Position numbers and translations under genes: made by a program. A stretch of 63,903 nucleotides of DNA, counting the filler, from Conidiobolus incongruus B7586 (Eukaryota), in assembly GCA_000697335.1 (NCBI GenBank). It is 10 parts of 10 records of this genome, joined end to end, with 100 filler letters (N's around TTAATTAATTAA, not from the genome) between each part and the next. Parts side by side here need not be neighbours in the genome. Positions count along the whole stretch, not along the records: positions 1 to 1,519 come from JNEM01007107.1; positions 1,620 to 22,691 come from JNEM01007108.1; 8 more parts are not named here. The stretch is one strand, 5' to 3'. A model generated the notes under the pieces. The model was not told where the DNA came from. It did no database searches and saw only the letters and a list, made by a program, of their open reading frames with translations. This document shows, in pieces, positions 1 through 13,400 of this stretch (position 1 is the stretch's first letter; every line of letters begins with the position of its first letter).

Positions 1-379
1 ACCTTCTTTATAAAGTTGATTAATGCACAAGTAGATTTTTTTAGAGAGGGATTTAAGTATAATGATACTAATAAAAAAAATTTAGTATATCTGTAAAATA
101 TTATATAAAATAATAGCAAAGAGAGAAAAAAGATATGGTTATATATTGTTAGATATATCCCCTTATCTCAAAAACCCACAAATTTATAACTCACCTTGGT
201 TAAATATTAAGGGTTAATATTTTTGCTAATAGTTTACTAAATATATCTAAATATATTTATTTATTATTAAATAATATACCTTAATTATATATTATAGTTT
301 CAAGTAATCTAATATATACAATTGTTTTAGTTATTAATTAAAATATATATATTTTTGATTTTATAACTCACTTTTGTGG

Positions 380-1519
380 GTTAGTGTATTTAAATTAAAT
401 AATAATCATTAAAAGTTTTTTATTTTAATATTAGTAAAACTTAAACATAAACTCTTTAAAATTATTTAAAATTTACAAGTAAATTTTAGTAATAAAATAT
501 TATCCAAATCAACAATTTTTTGCTAGGTAAAATACTTTAATGCTAGAAAAAAAACTATCTAAAATTTTTTAAAATTTAAAAAACTAACTTCAACCATTAC
601 TTTTTCAATTAATAATAGAATAAAAGAATATATTAAAAAATATCTTTTTACTTTAGTTAAAGAATAATCTAAACATTTTAATATTAGTTTTATAAGTATT
701 TTATATAAATTAATGTTTAAACTCAAATTAATAAATAAAAATATAAAATAGGTATCTTATAATTTAACTAAAGCTTAAAAAAAACTAAAATAGTTATTAT
801 TAAATAAAACTTACTAAAATATTACTAGAAGCTTAAACTTTTATAACAAATAATTACAATTGATCAATCTTAAATCTTTATATATAATCCTATATCAAAA
901 TATAAATTAAGATGCTAGATTAAACCAAATCAACTTTTTTTATAAATCCCTTTAAATAAATATTTTGTTAATAAGCAGATGTTAATTATTATAATGGATT
1001 ATAATAATATATACTATTTTTATTTAGTTTTTAAAGGAAAATTAATTAATAATAAACTTTATATTACTTTTTTAAATAGAAGTATTTTTAATTAGTGTTT
1101 TTAATATAATTTAAGAAAACCTATTATTTTATATAAGAATTATAAAATATATAAATCTAAAACTATAAAAAACTTTCTAATTGAAAATATCTAAAGAGAA
1201 CTACTATATCTAGTATATTCTTTAAATTATAACTTATATAATTATAATTGCTTTAAGTAATTAAAAAACTAGCTTATAAGAAAGAAAATTTCTATAAAAA
1301 AATTTAATTGGTTTTTGAAAATCTTAAATTTTAGTTTTTAATAAAAAGAATTATTTTTTAAATATTAGATCTTTATTAAAAGTATAGCAAAAAGTTATTA
1401 ATAATAAAAGAAACTATTAAATTTATAATATATTTTTATTTATATATATTATATATTAAGATATTTATTTATTTTCAATCACAAAAAATTCCTATTATTA
1501 AAAATACAGAGTAATAACT
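380..1519 (+). mobile_element. Decayed mariner-like DNA transposon (diverged subfamily), right end at gap
   Basis: Colinear with the 3704-5025 element (e.g. aaataggtatcttataatttaac = WVPHNLT-like; ctactatatctagtatattc = HPxYS-like); many stops. Confidence 0.65.
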
Positions 1520-1619
1520 NNNNNNNNNNNNNNNNNNNNNNNNNNNNNNNNNNNNNNNNNNNNTTAATTAATTAANNNNNNNNNNNNNNNNNNNNNNNNN
1601 NNNNNNNNNNNNNNNNNNN
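1520..1619. other. Assembly gap with artificial six-frame-stop linker TTAATTAATTAA (also at 22692, 23887, 31185, 33985, 36177, 37626, 61674, 62794)
   Basis: Identical 100-nt N-TTAATTAATTAA-N block nine times. Confidence 0.97.
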
Positions 1620-3703
1620 TATATTTTAATTAATAACTAAAAAATAATTTATTAATATATTTTTTTAAATCAAGTTATTATTTGAATATTAATAAATATT
1701 TCAAATAAAAATATTTTGTTGATATTATTATATATATCATTTAATATTAAATCAAGGTAAATATTTATAATACTGAATATTTAAGTTTTTGGATATACTA
1801 AAATATTAATTTAAAAACAACAATTATCAATTTTTATAATTATAGAGCTATTTAGCAAAAGAAATCTAGTAATAACTTTTAAAATTAAATTGAGATAAAT
1901 TAATTAATCTTCTAGTGAATAGGCCTTGACTTTTCTGGCTATCCAGAGTCCATTTAATTTAAAAATATGTTTAAATATTCGAAATTTAGGTATCAATATA
2001 TAAATTGATTTAAAAACTTGAAATTTCCAAATTAATAAAAAAAATGATATTAATTGAAATTAAATTTTTACTTGATATTATTTAATTTAAATACAGTCAA
2101 GAAATAAATATAATATTTAAAAATATTTTAATCTATTAATTATCCTTTTATTCAATAATTTTATACAATTATTACAAACGAAAAGGATCAACTAATATTA
2201 AGTATTGATAAGAATGGTCACAAATATAATGATAGAATGATGAATAATAGTTAAATTTAATAGAAGGATCCTATGAGGAAAGGTAAAGAACAATTTTTAC
2301 TAATTCAATAAAGGTATTTAAGAAATGAAATTCCATTTAATATTTCACTCTAGATCCTAACTTCAAAAAGCATAATAAATTCAAAATTAACTAAAATAAT
2401 ATTAAAATAGATAATTCAAGAACTAGTCAATTAGTAATTATATTTGATGTAAGCGTAACCAAATTATATAGAGTATATTTTCTATTTGATTGAATATATA
2501 TTATGAAGATAATAAATTTTTTTCAAAAAATATATATTTGTATTACAATTTTCAGAGTTGTTTAATAGTTTTTATCTTTATAGTCCTTATTATAGTTACC
2601 AATTCAAACATTTAATAAAAATAATATATAAATTGTTGGATTTTAAGTTATTTAAGGTTAATTTTTTTCGAATAATTCATAAAACTAGTGATATAGTCTT
2701 AAGAAATCAAAAATATCAATATTTTATAATTTTAAAAGAATAACAATAATAAATATTTTGTTTTGTATACAAGAAATTTGGCGTATAATTAATACGTTGT
2801 CCTTCAAAACTATCATTTGCTTTTTCAAATTACTATTTAAACAAAAACAAATTGTTTTGATATAATAATTAAAACATTCAATCATTAAAATGAACTTCGA
2901 TATCAAAAACTGGTAGTGTTAATTTGGACATGAATTTAATTAATATAAATTGAATCACTTATTAACCTTTAATAAGGTACATTATTTCCATTATATAAAA
3001 TTATGTATAATTATTATTCATTATAATCAACAAATAACTCATTTGTTTCCAATTAATTACAACTAGTATATTTAAATAATTTGAATCAAAATAAAGGAAA
3101 AAAATAAAACACGATATCTTATTTTCAATTTAATGATTGTACATCAAATATAATGCTGTGAGTATAACATCTATACTGGTTTGAAAAACGTTCAAATGTA
3201 TTATATTTTTAATTATCTATACCAATTTAGAAAATAATATATCTACCATTTTGCTAATTTATAAACCTATTTTAATCCTTATATAGACTAAATTCCATGA
3301 ATTTAATACTTTGTTATTTTCTTTGAAAGCATCATATTTATATTATAACTATTGCGCTTCCTCTCTTATCAGCTAATTGTTATTTTTGTTGATAAATGCC
3401 AATTTGTAAAATAAATGTTAATATATTTTAAAATACTCAGTAATCAAGTTTTAAATGAAATATCTATTGTAAAATAAAAATTCATATGAAATTTTTTGGG
3501 AGTAACATTTGAAATCAAATATTAATAAAAATTATTATTTTCATTAAAATATTTATCAAATTATTAAAATAATCAAAATTAAAATTTTTTTTTCTGTATA
3601 TTAGAAAAGAGATATTATATACTATTTTTAAATTTTAAATAATAGTAATGATTTACAAAGTCTATTTATTATTTCAACATTAAATTTATTTTGTTTAAAA
3701 TTA

Positions 3704-5025
3704 TTAGTATAGAAATTAAGAAATGGCAAATTTTTTAATTTCTGATCTTTCAAACATATTATACATTTTGAAAGATTATATATATATATATAATATATAG
3801 GAAAATAAATATTTTCAAACTATATTTATATATTCAATTTTAATTATTTTTTTTATTAAAATATTTTGATTTTAAAATTTACACTTAAATTTAATTATGC
3901 TTAAATTAGATTGTGATTATCAAAAGGCTTTTATTTTTGTATCTTTAAAACTTAACTATAAACCCTCTGAAATCATTTAAAACTTGTAAACAGTTTATAA
4001 AGATGGTGTTTTATCTAAAACTACCATATATCACTAGATTTGTGATTTTAAAGTTGGAAAGGATATTATTTAAAATTTACTAAAATCTAAAAGACTAATT
4101 TTTATTGTTATTCTTTTACTTACTAATAAAATAAAAAAATATATTAAGAAATACCTTTTTATTTCTATTAGAGAACTATTAAAGTAATTTAATATTAATT
4201 ATACAAGCATGTTATATTTACTTAAGTTTAAACTTAGATTAATTAATAAAAATATAAAATAGATACCTTATAATTTAACAGAAACCTAAAAGAAAATTAG
4301 AGTAGCTATAGCTAAATTAAACTTATTAAGGTATAACTAAAAACAAAGGTTTTTACAGTAAATACTTATAATTAATGAATCTTAATTTTTTTTATATAAT
4401 TTTTTACCTAAAAATAAAACAAAATGTTAGGTTAAACTAAATTAATCTCTTTTATAAATTTTAATGAATAAATATTTTAAATATAAGTGAATGTTAATTA
4501 TTGTAATAGATTATAATGGTATATAGTTTTCTTATTTAATACCTTAAGGAAAATTAATCAATAGTAAGTTATATATTACTTTTTTAAATAAAACAATTTT
4601 TAAATAGTATTCTCAATATAAATTAAAGACACCTATTATTTTATATGATAATTGTAAAATACATAAAGCTAAAGTTGTAAAAGATTTTTTATATAAAAAA
4701 AATTAGAGGGAGTTACTACATCTAGTATATTCACTTAATTATAATCTATGTAATTATAATTGTTTTAGACAATTAAAAAAACAGCTTACAGGAAAAAAAA
4801 TTCCTGCAAACAAAGTAAATTAGTTTGTGAAATATTAAATTTCAGTCTTTAATAAAAAGAACTGTTTTTTAGGTATTAGAAGCTTACTAAAGGTATAGAA
4901 AATAGTTATTAATCATAAAAGAGGCTATTAATTTTATATTATTCATTAATTTTTATATATTATTTATTAATTTATTTGTTTAATTTTAATTTTAAAATTG
5001 TGCCATTACTTAATTTCTGCACTAA
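3704..5025 (+). mobile_element. Full-length ~1.3-kb mariner-like transposon, inactivated
   Basis: TIRs TTAGTATAGAAATTAAGAAATGGC / GCCATTACTTAATTTCTGCACTAA flanked by TA. Mutated mariner motifs: K*IPYNLTE (WVPHxL), IIL(H/Y)DN, and ELLHLVYS(P/L)xYNLCNY (HPxYSPDLAPxDY). Confidence 0.85.
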
Positions 5026-5429
5026 TATTATGTAATATAAATCATTGATGATTTAACTATTTTTTTTATTTTATATATTATTAAATAAAACTAAAGTAAA
5101 TTATAATATCCATATTGCTTGTAAATTTTAAGTTTGAATCAAAATATATTTGATACTTAAGTGATCCAACAGAATGGAAGATTTATCAAATAAATATATT
5201 AATTATGAAATAATTTATCAAGACAATTAATTAATCATATATATATTATTTCAGCAGAAGAATTACTAATTTGAATACAATAATTCGAAAAGATTAAATT
5301 GAAAAAGAAACATGACTTGTTCAAAGCCACCATTAGAAACGATTCTTGATTGAAGATATGAGAATGAAAGAAATATTATTTTAATTACCGTAGCAAGGAT
5401 ATTTACGCAAGAAATTCAAATTAAATTTT

Positions 5430-5800
5430 CAGGACTGCTGGAAAGTTTTTTACAATAAGGACCAAGTAAATTCTAAGAAAAATGGCCAAATGTGGCTAAG
5501 CAGATACATTAAATAGTATTATTAAAATACCATGGGCTAGGGTTTAGCCCTGGCCGAGATATTACCGAGCAAATATGTGCTCAATAGAGATTCTATTGTG
5601 CTATAAATCCTTGACCAATGTGTTGAAATAATGATTGTGGTTGTTAACTTGGTTTCACACTGTGCAAGGGTTTTGCATGGTACCCGTATGTGAGTTGTAT
5701 ACGAAATAACGAAGAAAGGTTTAAGTTGAATGGTGAGCGGACCTCCCGGTCCGCGACAATACGAATTTTAAAACCTTAAGTCAAATTCTTGGATTAATGA
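5430..5800 (+). ncRNA. Candidate structured ncRNA (unassigned)
   Basis: No ORF; GC-enriched. Hairpins GGGCUA/UAGCCC (5534-5550), CAAUAGA/UCUAUUG, ACUGUGCAA/UUGCAUGGU, CGUAUG/UAUACG, GCGGACC/GGUCCGC (5737-5754) inside AAGGUUU/AAACCUU. Confidence 0.5.
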
Positions 5801-6199
5801 GATTTTATACAAAAATGTGATAATCGAAATAATGACATTTTGTTTAGAACAAGGATAAATAATGTATATCTTCAATATTTATATAAATTTATAATTACAC
5901 TACTCAAACTCAATAACACCAAAAACACTAATTTTGTTATAAATCTGAAATATATTATAATAAAAACAAAACTAAATTAATGAAATATAATTGTGAAGCA
6001 ACTAATAATACAATTTGGAATTTTAAAATCTGTAACACTTCCAACCGATATCAATATTTAATTTAATCATCTCTTTGCTTTATATATTATTGAATTAAAT
6101 TTCATTGCCAATCTAGTATTCAATTTTCAACTCACGAAATGACAATATTTCATTTGGTTTCTTAAATAAAAACATTTTAATTAAGTGTAAACTCTTCTT

Positions 6200-6650
6200 A
6201 CATTGTAATAATAGGGGTATTGACCTTGATAAATATGAATACCTTTATTCGAGGTGGTTTTCATGTCACCTTTAATTTTTCTCGTTCCATGTAATTTTAG
6301 TGTTATCTTTTGGTTATTGTATATTGACAATTTAAACTTGTATGGTATACAAGGAAAATATAAAAACAAAGAAAACTAGAAGGCTTATAACAAAGTAGAA
6401 AAATCAAAATCACTTGGGTTATTATATATGATTCGCTCTAATTCATATAAGAACATCTCTCGGATTCACCAATTAGTAAAATTTATAGTGTTGATTTAAA
6501 AGGAAATTTTTTCAGGCTTTGATCAAATATTGGGATCTTTTCAATCCTTACTTACTGCACCAGAAAATGATATTTATTCATTAAATATAATTCAAGTGAA
6601 ATTTAGTCAATTTGATAATAGATTTGACTGAGATTAACAATTTTGGATGA
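6200..6650 (+). ncRNA. Candidate structured ncRNA (unassigned)
   Basis: AAUAGGGGUAUU/AAUACCUUUAUU (6210-6249), GAGGUGGU/GUCACCUU, CUUGUAU/AUACAAG, UCACUUGGGUU/AAUUCAAGUGA (6410-6599), UUAGUCAA/UUGACUGA. Confidence 0.35.
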
Positions 6651-7470
6651 ATAGAATAAAATCTTAATTTATTTATATTTCCCCTAAAATGTTAATTTTA
6701 ATTTCAAGACAATGTATCAAATTATCAACTTTAATAATTTTTGTTTAATCTTTGTTTACAAATAAAAAATATGTTTGAAACCATTTATGAATAAAATCAT
6801 ATTTTTAAAATGTAAACCAATATCAAGTAAAACAATAATTAATTGTAAATTTTTAACAGAGACCCAAAAACATTGTATTATTATGAATTTAATAACGTAG
6901 TATAAAATTTTATATACCTCATGATATATCAACTTACCAATATATATGTATTTAAATATTACCTTTAGATTTAGAACTATAAAATAAATTTAGTGTAACA
7001 ATCAATGATTTAGAAATTTAGATTTTATGGTAATTTACAAATAGCAAATTGGATCTATATTCTATATTTATATTCAATAATTAACCAATATTTGACTAAA
7101 TAATAGTAATATCATTATGATTATTCAATTACTGATATATTTCGATATATTGAAATTGATTTATGCATATTTGGATTCATAGTAAACATTATATTCACAT
7201 TGTGACTACCTTTGATCTCATCCATTTATATTATATTAAAATACCAGAGTTTATGGAAGAATTCGATTAATTGTAATATTTGATTTACATTTGAAAATTT
7301 CAAATAATTTTCTACCAAAATCTGGTTGAAAAATCAGAATTTAAAATTATTGTAATCCAGTTATCCAAATATATGGATAGAATAAAATGTTAGATCAAAT
7401 ATTAATATAACATCGGTAAATTTTTCTAAAACATATTAAAATCCTAAAACTTATATTTTATATACTAAAA

Positions 7471-8015
7471 TTATTTCTTTTTTTTTCGTTTTGTCTGAAA
7501 ACCTGGATCCATAAGAACAAACTTGAATTCGTTATTGCTATTTCTATTTTGGTAGTTTCGTTTAATCTTGTGAATATCTTCTGGACAGTCTCTTCTAAAG
7601 TAAGGATGGTAGAAAGCTGAACACTTGCTCATAGGTCCTTCTTTATTCCTCCTACGATCGGTAATTCTTGTAAATCCATATGCCTAATAAAATAAACAAT
7701 TCAAATGATCAGAGTTGGAAAATAAATATAAGTACCAGCAATTGACGAGAGAAGGAGTACATACTCTTGTTCTTAAAACTAGCATGTAACTCGTTCTGTA
7801 TAAATAAATCATTGTCAGGAATGTAGAAACTATCACCTTCCAGTGACCATTTTATATATTCCGAATTATTGACTACACTAAAAAGATAAGAAAAGATTAG
7901 ATGAATAAGGTTGAGAGATTAAAAAGGTATCCAATGAATCACTCAGCAGATACAGATATACATGATAGTATACTTACTTGTACAGTTTTTCTGGAAACGA
8001 CTCTGATTTTGGCAT
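7471..8015 (-). CDS. Small HSF-type DNA-binding-domain protein, copy 1 (~130 aa; exons 8015-7978, 7877-7736, 7683-7471; alternative in-frame ATG at 8021)
   Basis: Spliced translation MPKSESFPEKLYNVVNNSEYIKWSLEGDSFYIPDNDLF...FKNKSMYSFSRQLLAYGFTRI...FYHPYFRRD...KRKKKK*. Matches the HSF DBD pattern F-KLY, I-W--G-SF-I, SF-RQL--YGF, F-HP-F-R; GT-AG introns. Confidence 0.88.
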
Positions 8016-9509
8016 ATTCATTCAATATATGTACCATGGGACCCAACGAACAGTGTATTGGCCTAGTGTGAGACAAAATTCACAGAGTAGGGTTAGTGGA
8101 AATGTTGAGTGACTGAATAATTGATTTTAGACCGCAAATTGATATAAAATCAATATCAAGTTATAATACAAAAGAAAAAGCAATGGATTAGAAAGTGAAA
8201 GTTATCTATTAAAAAATTGAAATTTATTTTTATCCAAAATTTAATGATTGTCTCCACATTTCAAATTGAGTCCATATTTCAAATAATGATTGAGTAATAA
8301 TTTCGACATCAATTACCCAATCATAATTTTATCAAAATCAGTCATAGTTGTTGCTGTTATTCTAACATTTTGTTTTAAATTAATCATTTTGCTCCAATAA
8401 TTATTAATCAAATAACTAAGTCTAACAGCACTTTCAGTCTATTGAACTAAAATATTTAGGACTATCGTTCTAGAATAATCTATAATTTTCGCAAAACTAT
8501 ACTCCCCAACCGTGGTCTATTCAGAAAGAAGGTGATATTCTAAAGATTTAAATATTAATATTATGAGCCAAAGTACACAATAGTCCCGCATGATATTTTT
8601 GTAGTTATTATAACTCATCACTCGATATCTTGACAGCACCATTTATGTATCTCATTTATGGTATATATTAATATTGTAATAATAATAATAAATACAATTA
8701 CTATTTTACAATAATTGCTTCAATATTAGGATATTTATCAGATTACAGATATCATAAACTAATCCCTAATTATTAATTTTGAGATGATAATATGCAAACA
8801 TTTCCTCACACCATAAAAATTACAAATTGGGCTATCAATATTTGTTATTTAGCTAAAAAGGCATATTTCCTAAAAATGATCAATTAAAAATCAGTTATAA
8901 AATATTTAAGTATGAAATAATAGAAAATATCTAAAATTAGATAAAGATCTTTTTACATCAAAGACAATATAAAACAATTGATATGAACATTTTCTAATTT
9001 TACAATTAGCCATAAAAAATTATTTTCCAAAAAAAGCAAACATAAATGGTTGATATTAGCTATGACATCAAAGTTTCAATGTTTAACCACTTTATAAAAT
9101 TCATACTCAGATTAAGATGACGTAAATATAATAAATGGTATTAAAAATATCTAAATAAGTTAAAAGATTTTATAAATCATAATGACATCAATCGAATTAA
9201 TTCATTAAAATTCATTTTTGATAATATTTGCTAATCCATATTTAATTAAGTAAATAAAACAAAATAAAGGGAGAAAATTGAATTAAAACCTTATTTGTTA
9301 AATAAAAGTAAAAATTAATTTTATTCCATAGTAATTTATTATTTTTATAAATTTAAAAATTAAATTTTAATTATATTATTAAAATATTTAATATAAAATT
9401 ACTGGTGGCTAATTGATTATTAAAAAAAATTCGTAATAATTTGGACTTATTAAATTTTGTTCTGATAAAGAAAATACAATAGATATTGAATAAAATAAGG
9501 TATTATAAT

Positions 9510-9780
9510 ATAGCTCAATTACAAGTTGATTGTTAGGGTTTAAGAGGGTTATACGTTATTGATTTAGGATTAGAGCACCGTAGTATAATGGGTGAAGATT
9601 GAGATTAGGATGGTGGCATGGATCAAACATATTATTATCCTAGTCATTAGTGTCTTTTTTGCCTCTTTAGTATGGGTATAAACTTGGGGGATTCAAGTGT
9701 TATCTGTTTAACATTTTATTTTGAGAAAATACTGTATTTTGGAATTCGGCGAGAAATTACAAATCAAAAAACAGTCAAGC
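9510..9780 (+). ncRNA. Candidate structured ncRNA (unassigned)
   Basis: 14-bp helix GAUUAGGAUGGUGG/UUAUUAUCCUAGUC (9603-9645) with 5 G-U; AAGAGG/CCUCUU enclosing; ACUUGGG/UUCAAGU hairpin. Confidence 0.3.
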
Positions 9781-10001
9781 TGATATATATATATATATAT
9801 ATATATGTATATTAGTTACAAGCAGTTAAGTTCCATTTTATTTTATCCAATATTGCAGATTAATAGCTGTCTTTGGAGAATTTTATTATGCTCGGTATTT
9901 ATAATGTTGATTTAATAAATGATATTTATTAATCAACTTCTAAATCATTTTATCCTATTTTAGAGGGTTAATATTTTCAGTATTTTCTAGATTGCATCAA
10001 T

Positions 10002-10450
10002 ATGCTAATGTCAGAATCATTTCTAGTAATATTACACCAGAAAGTGTTTTTCTCATGGATCTTTGGGAGAGCTCCATTAATAATCTCCATTGATTTGCTT
10101 CATGTTGACTTCTATTTACTTCTCATTGCTTTAGCGTAGTCAACAGTTCGGAGTATATAAAATGGTCATATGGATATGATAGTTTATTAATTTCTAACGA
10201 TGACTCAATTGCTCAATACAAACTACTTAAAAACTTTATGAACAAAATCATGTACTCTTTCTATTATCAATTGTTAGTAATTAATGAATTCACCATCCCA
10301 TTTACAAAGAAATGTTTTACTATTTGCAGACGGCTTTCCAAAGATTACCAATAGTAGATGCAATAAAGAATGACCTATGAGCAGTTTCTGAGCAATCTAT
10401 CAATATTACACTTAGATTGTATCCTTAAGATATTCATAAGTTCAGATTTA
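10002..10450 (+). pseudogene. HSF-DBD pseudogene (copy 4)
   Basis: MLMSESFLVILH, first donor mutated to GA, VVNSSEYIKWSYGYDS, MYSFYYQLL, then in-frame TGA stops and indels; same exon layout as the intact copies. Confidence 0.85.
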
Positions 10451-13400
10451 ACAAAAAAATGATTGATTTTTCCTTAATGTAACCCATCTAGAGTACGATC
10501 TACAAAGTGAACGAAATAATACTGACATCAATAAACGATTATAACATATTTATTGATTACTTTAAGACTGGGATATTAAAATTCTAACATAGTAATCAAC
10601 TTAACTAAAATTCTTTAATACTTTCTTTTCATAATTACATATAACTAACATTCTATTATTAAAAAATTTTAACAATTGATTCTATAAAAATATTTTTCCT
10701 TTAATTTGGTATTCAAATAAATTATTTTATAAATTTGAAATTGATATATTTGAATATTAAACCCGAAATTTAATTATATTTAAATCAAATATCAATCTCA
10801 AGCTAATACTAAAAAATAAAAAACCTCTAGCGATCATAGAATCAAATGGTATTTTGTTCTTTGGTACATCAAACCGTGTTAATATATCTTTATGCTTTCA
10901 TTAATTTCTCTCGCCATTTCTTCTTTATTATTTTTTTTGATATTTTATTATTTTAATCAAGGACATTTGATATTTGATTTAAAAATTATGATTTTGCTCG
11001 CTTAATATATCAAAACCTATTATCTAGATAATTTTTGTTTGAATTTGATTGTTCGCAAGATTTTTTCAATCGTTAACCTAGGGTAAACACCTTTGGTATT
11101 AGTTTGCTCATGAATCTAAACTTATTAATATTACCACCAGATTGAAAATATTAGCTAGAAGTTATTATTTATTATATCAAATACCTAATTGAAAATGATC
11201 AATATCAAATTTCAATTAAATTTCAAACTTGTTTAAAAATTTTTATAAAAAGTTACTTTTTATAAATAATATAAATTGATGAAATAGTTTATCTGATTTC
11301 AATAACTCAAAAATATATAGTTATTAGAGTATTGCTCTTTTATTCTTGAAAATAAATTTTATTATACACTTTTGACAAAATGGTCTTTCTCAATGGAAGA
11401 TATTCACGCAAACAGTATTTCTTGTAAATTTATATTTTAATAGATAATCATTAAATTACTTTTCAGGTACATATTCATAATACCACATTATGGTCAAAGA
11501 AATATTGATATCATTTCAAATATATATATATATATATATTAACCCTCAAGGATTTAGTTCAATTTTTTCTTATGTAAAGGATTATTTTTTCATTTCGTTT
11601 CTGATTGTTTATTGATTAGGAGTGAGACTTGACAGAATTAAAGAAATGATTTAAATTTATTTAAAAAAGCAATATTAACTACTTCAGATTGTGATAATTA
11701 TATGTATTATGAATGTAGTGCCGTAATATTATATCCTGATTTAGGTATCTATTGATTTCATGTAAGAATTTGGACTTTAATTAACAGCGTTTATTATATT
11801 TTTAATTATTAGTATATGAGCGAAGTTAATATAGCTATGTAAAAAAGAGATTATACATGTTAGAATTTTTGATTCTACTATAAATTTAATATATTTCCTT
11901 TTTTTAAATTCGAAAATATGAATATTAAATTATACTTAATTGTGTAAAAAGTAGACTCTTTTGGAATTATATTCTTCATTTTTATTATGACTTTTTTTCA
12001 AAATTTTCTAATTTAACATTAATCAATAATTTCTTTAATATAAACCATCAAAATAATGACCATTGGTCAATTTGAGATATATGATCTCTTTTCTGATAAA
12101 ATTTGAAAATTTTCTTATAATTTCCATGATATAAAATGTTTATTTTGAAAAGACAATAATTAATAATAATCTCAAAAGTAGATAAATTGAAACAATGTGA
12201 ATTTGAATTAAATATATGAGAAATTTTATATTAGGGAGAATGGACTTGAATCGTGTTATTATTATTTTGATAAAATATACGGTGTTTTATTCTATTTATT
12301 AGTTTGCAAAAGTTTCTTTCAAATTTCTTAGTCTTTCAAACTTATATTCAATCATCAAATGCTCGTATTCATATCTTTGATATAAGTAATTTTAGATTTG
12401 AATTACATCAAACAAGTTGATGTGGTATCTTATATATCACGACTATTTTTTTCGTTTTCTTATTTCAGACTATTATAATACAGAACCATTGATATAGAAG
12501 GTTAAAGTTCAATATTAAATACTAAAAATTAAAATTAAAATTAAAAAATTTTTTTATCAAATATTTTATAAAGTAAATCACATCTTATTAATTACAATAA
12601 ATTTGCATACCAATTTTATAATTTTAATATAAAAATAAATGAAATATTTATAAATATATGAATGTTTTTAATTTATAAAAAAATTATTTAAAAATTTAAT
12701 TTTTATAATATTCTTAACTTATCATTAATTTTTTTAATAAATAATATATAAATCTATTATTCTAATATTTTTGCTCAATATTAATTTGATTAGTAAATTT
12801 ATAATATATATTATATATATTTTCAATATTTATGTCGATATACCAAATGAATAAATACTTTTATTAAATAATTAGTAATAAATATAAGAATAATAATTTA
12901 TTTTAATCGTTATATATTATCAGTATAAGTTATTATAATATATTACTCAATCCGCCAAAATCATATATTTATTAATTTTCATTGAAGTTCTAAGTATTAT
13001 TGAGAATTTGATAAAAATAAATGAGTTTTGTATTTTACACTATTTGAATTATATCATGATGGTGATATGGGTTTGAATAATTGAGTAATGTGAAAACATA
13101 GCTGTTTTGTCAAATAGGGTCATATTAAATAATATCGTAAATCAAGACCAGAAATGAATATATATTATATAAATATAATTATAATTTAATATAAAAATTT
13201 GGTAATAATATATATTGTATTGTATTGTATTGTATTTAAAATGTTTATAATTCATGAAAATAACAATTATTATTATATTTAGTATTAGAATCTATTTTCT
13301 GAATATAGAAATCAATATATAAAATAATTTTAAAATATATTATTCTAAATTTATTCTAATATTGTAATTAAATAATTAGTTAATTTTTAATTTAGTCAAG

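Noticed and set aside
5536..5547. CTAAACCCTA on the - strand as a TTTAGGG telomerase template
   Set aside because: It is buried in a hairpin and G-U polarity favours the + strand.
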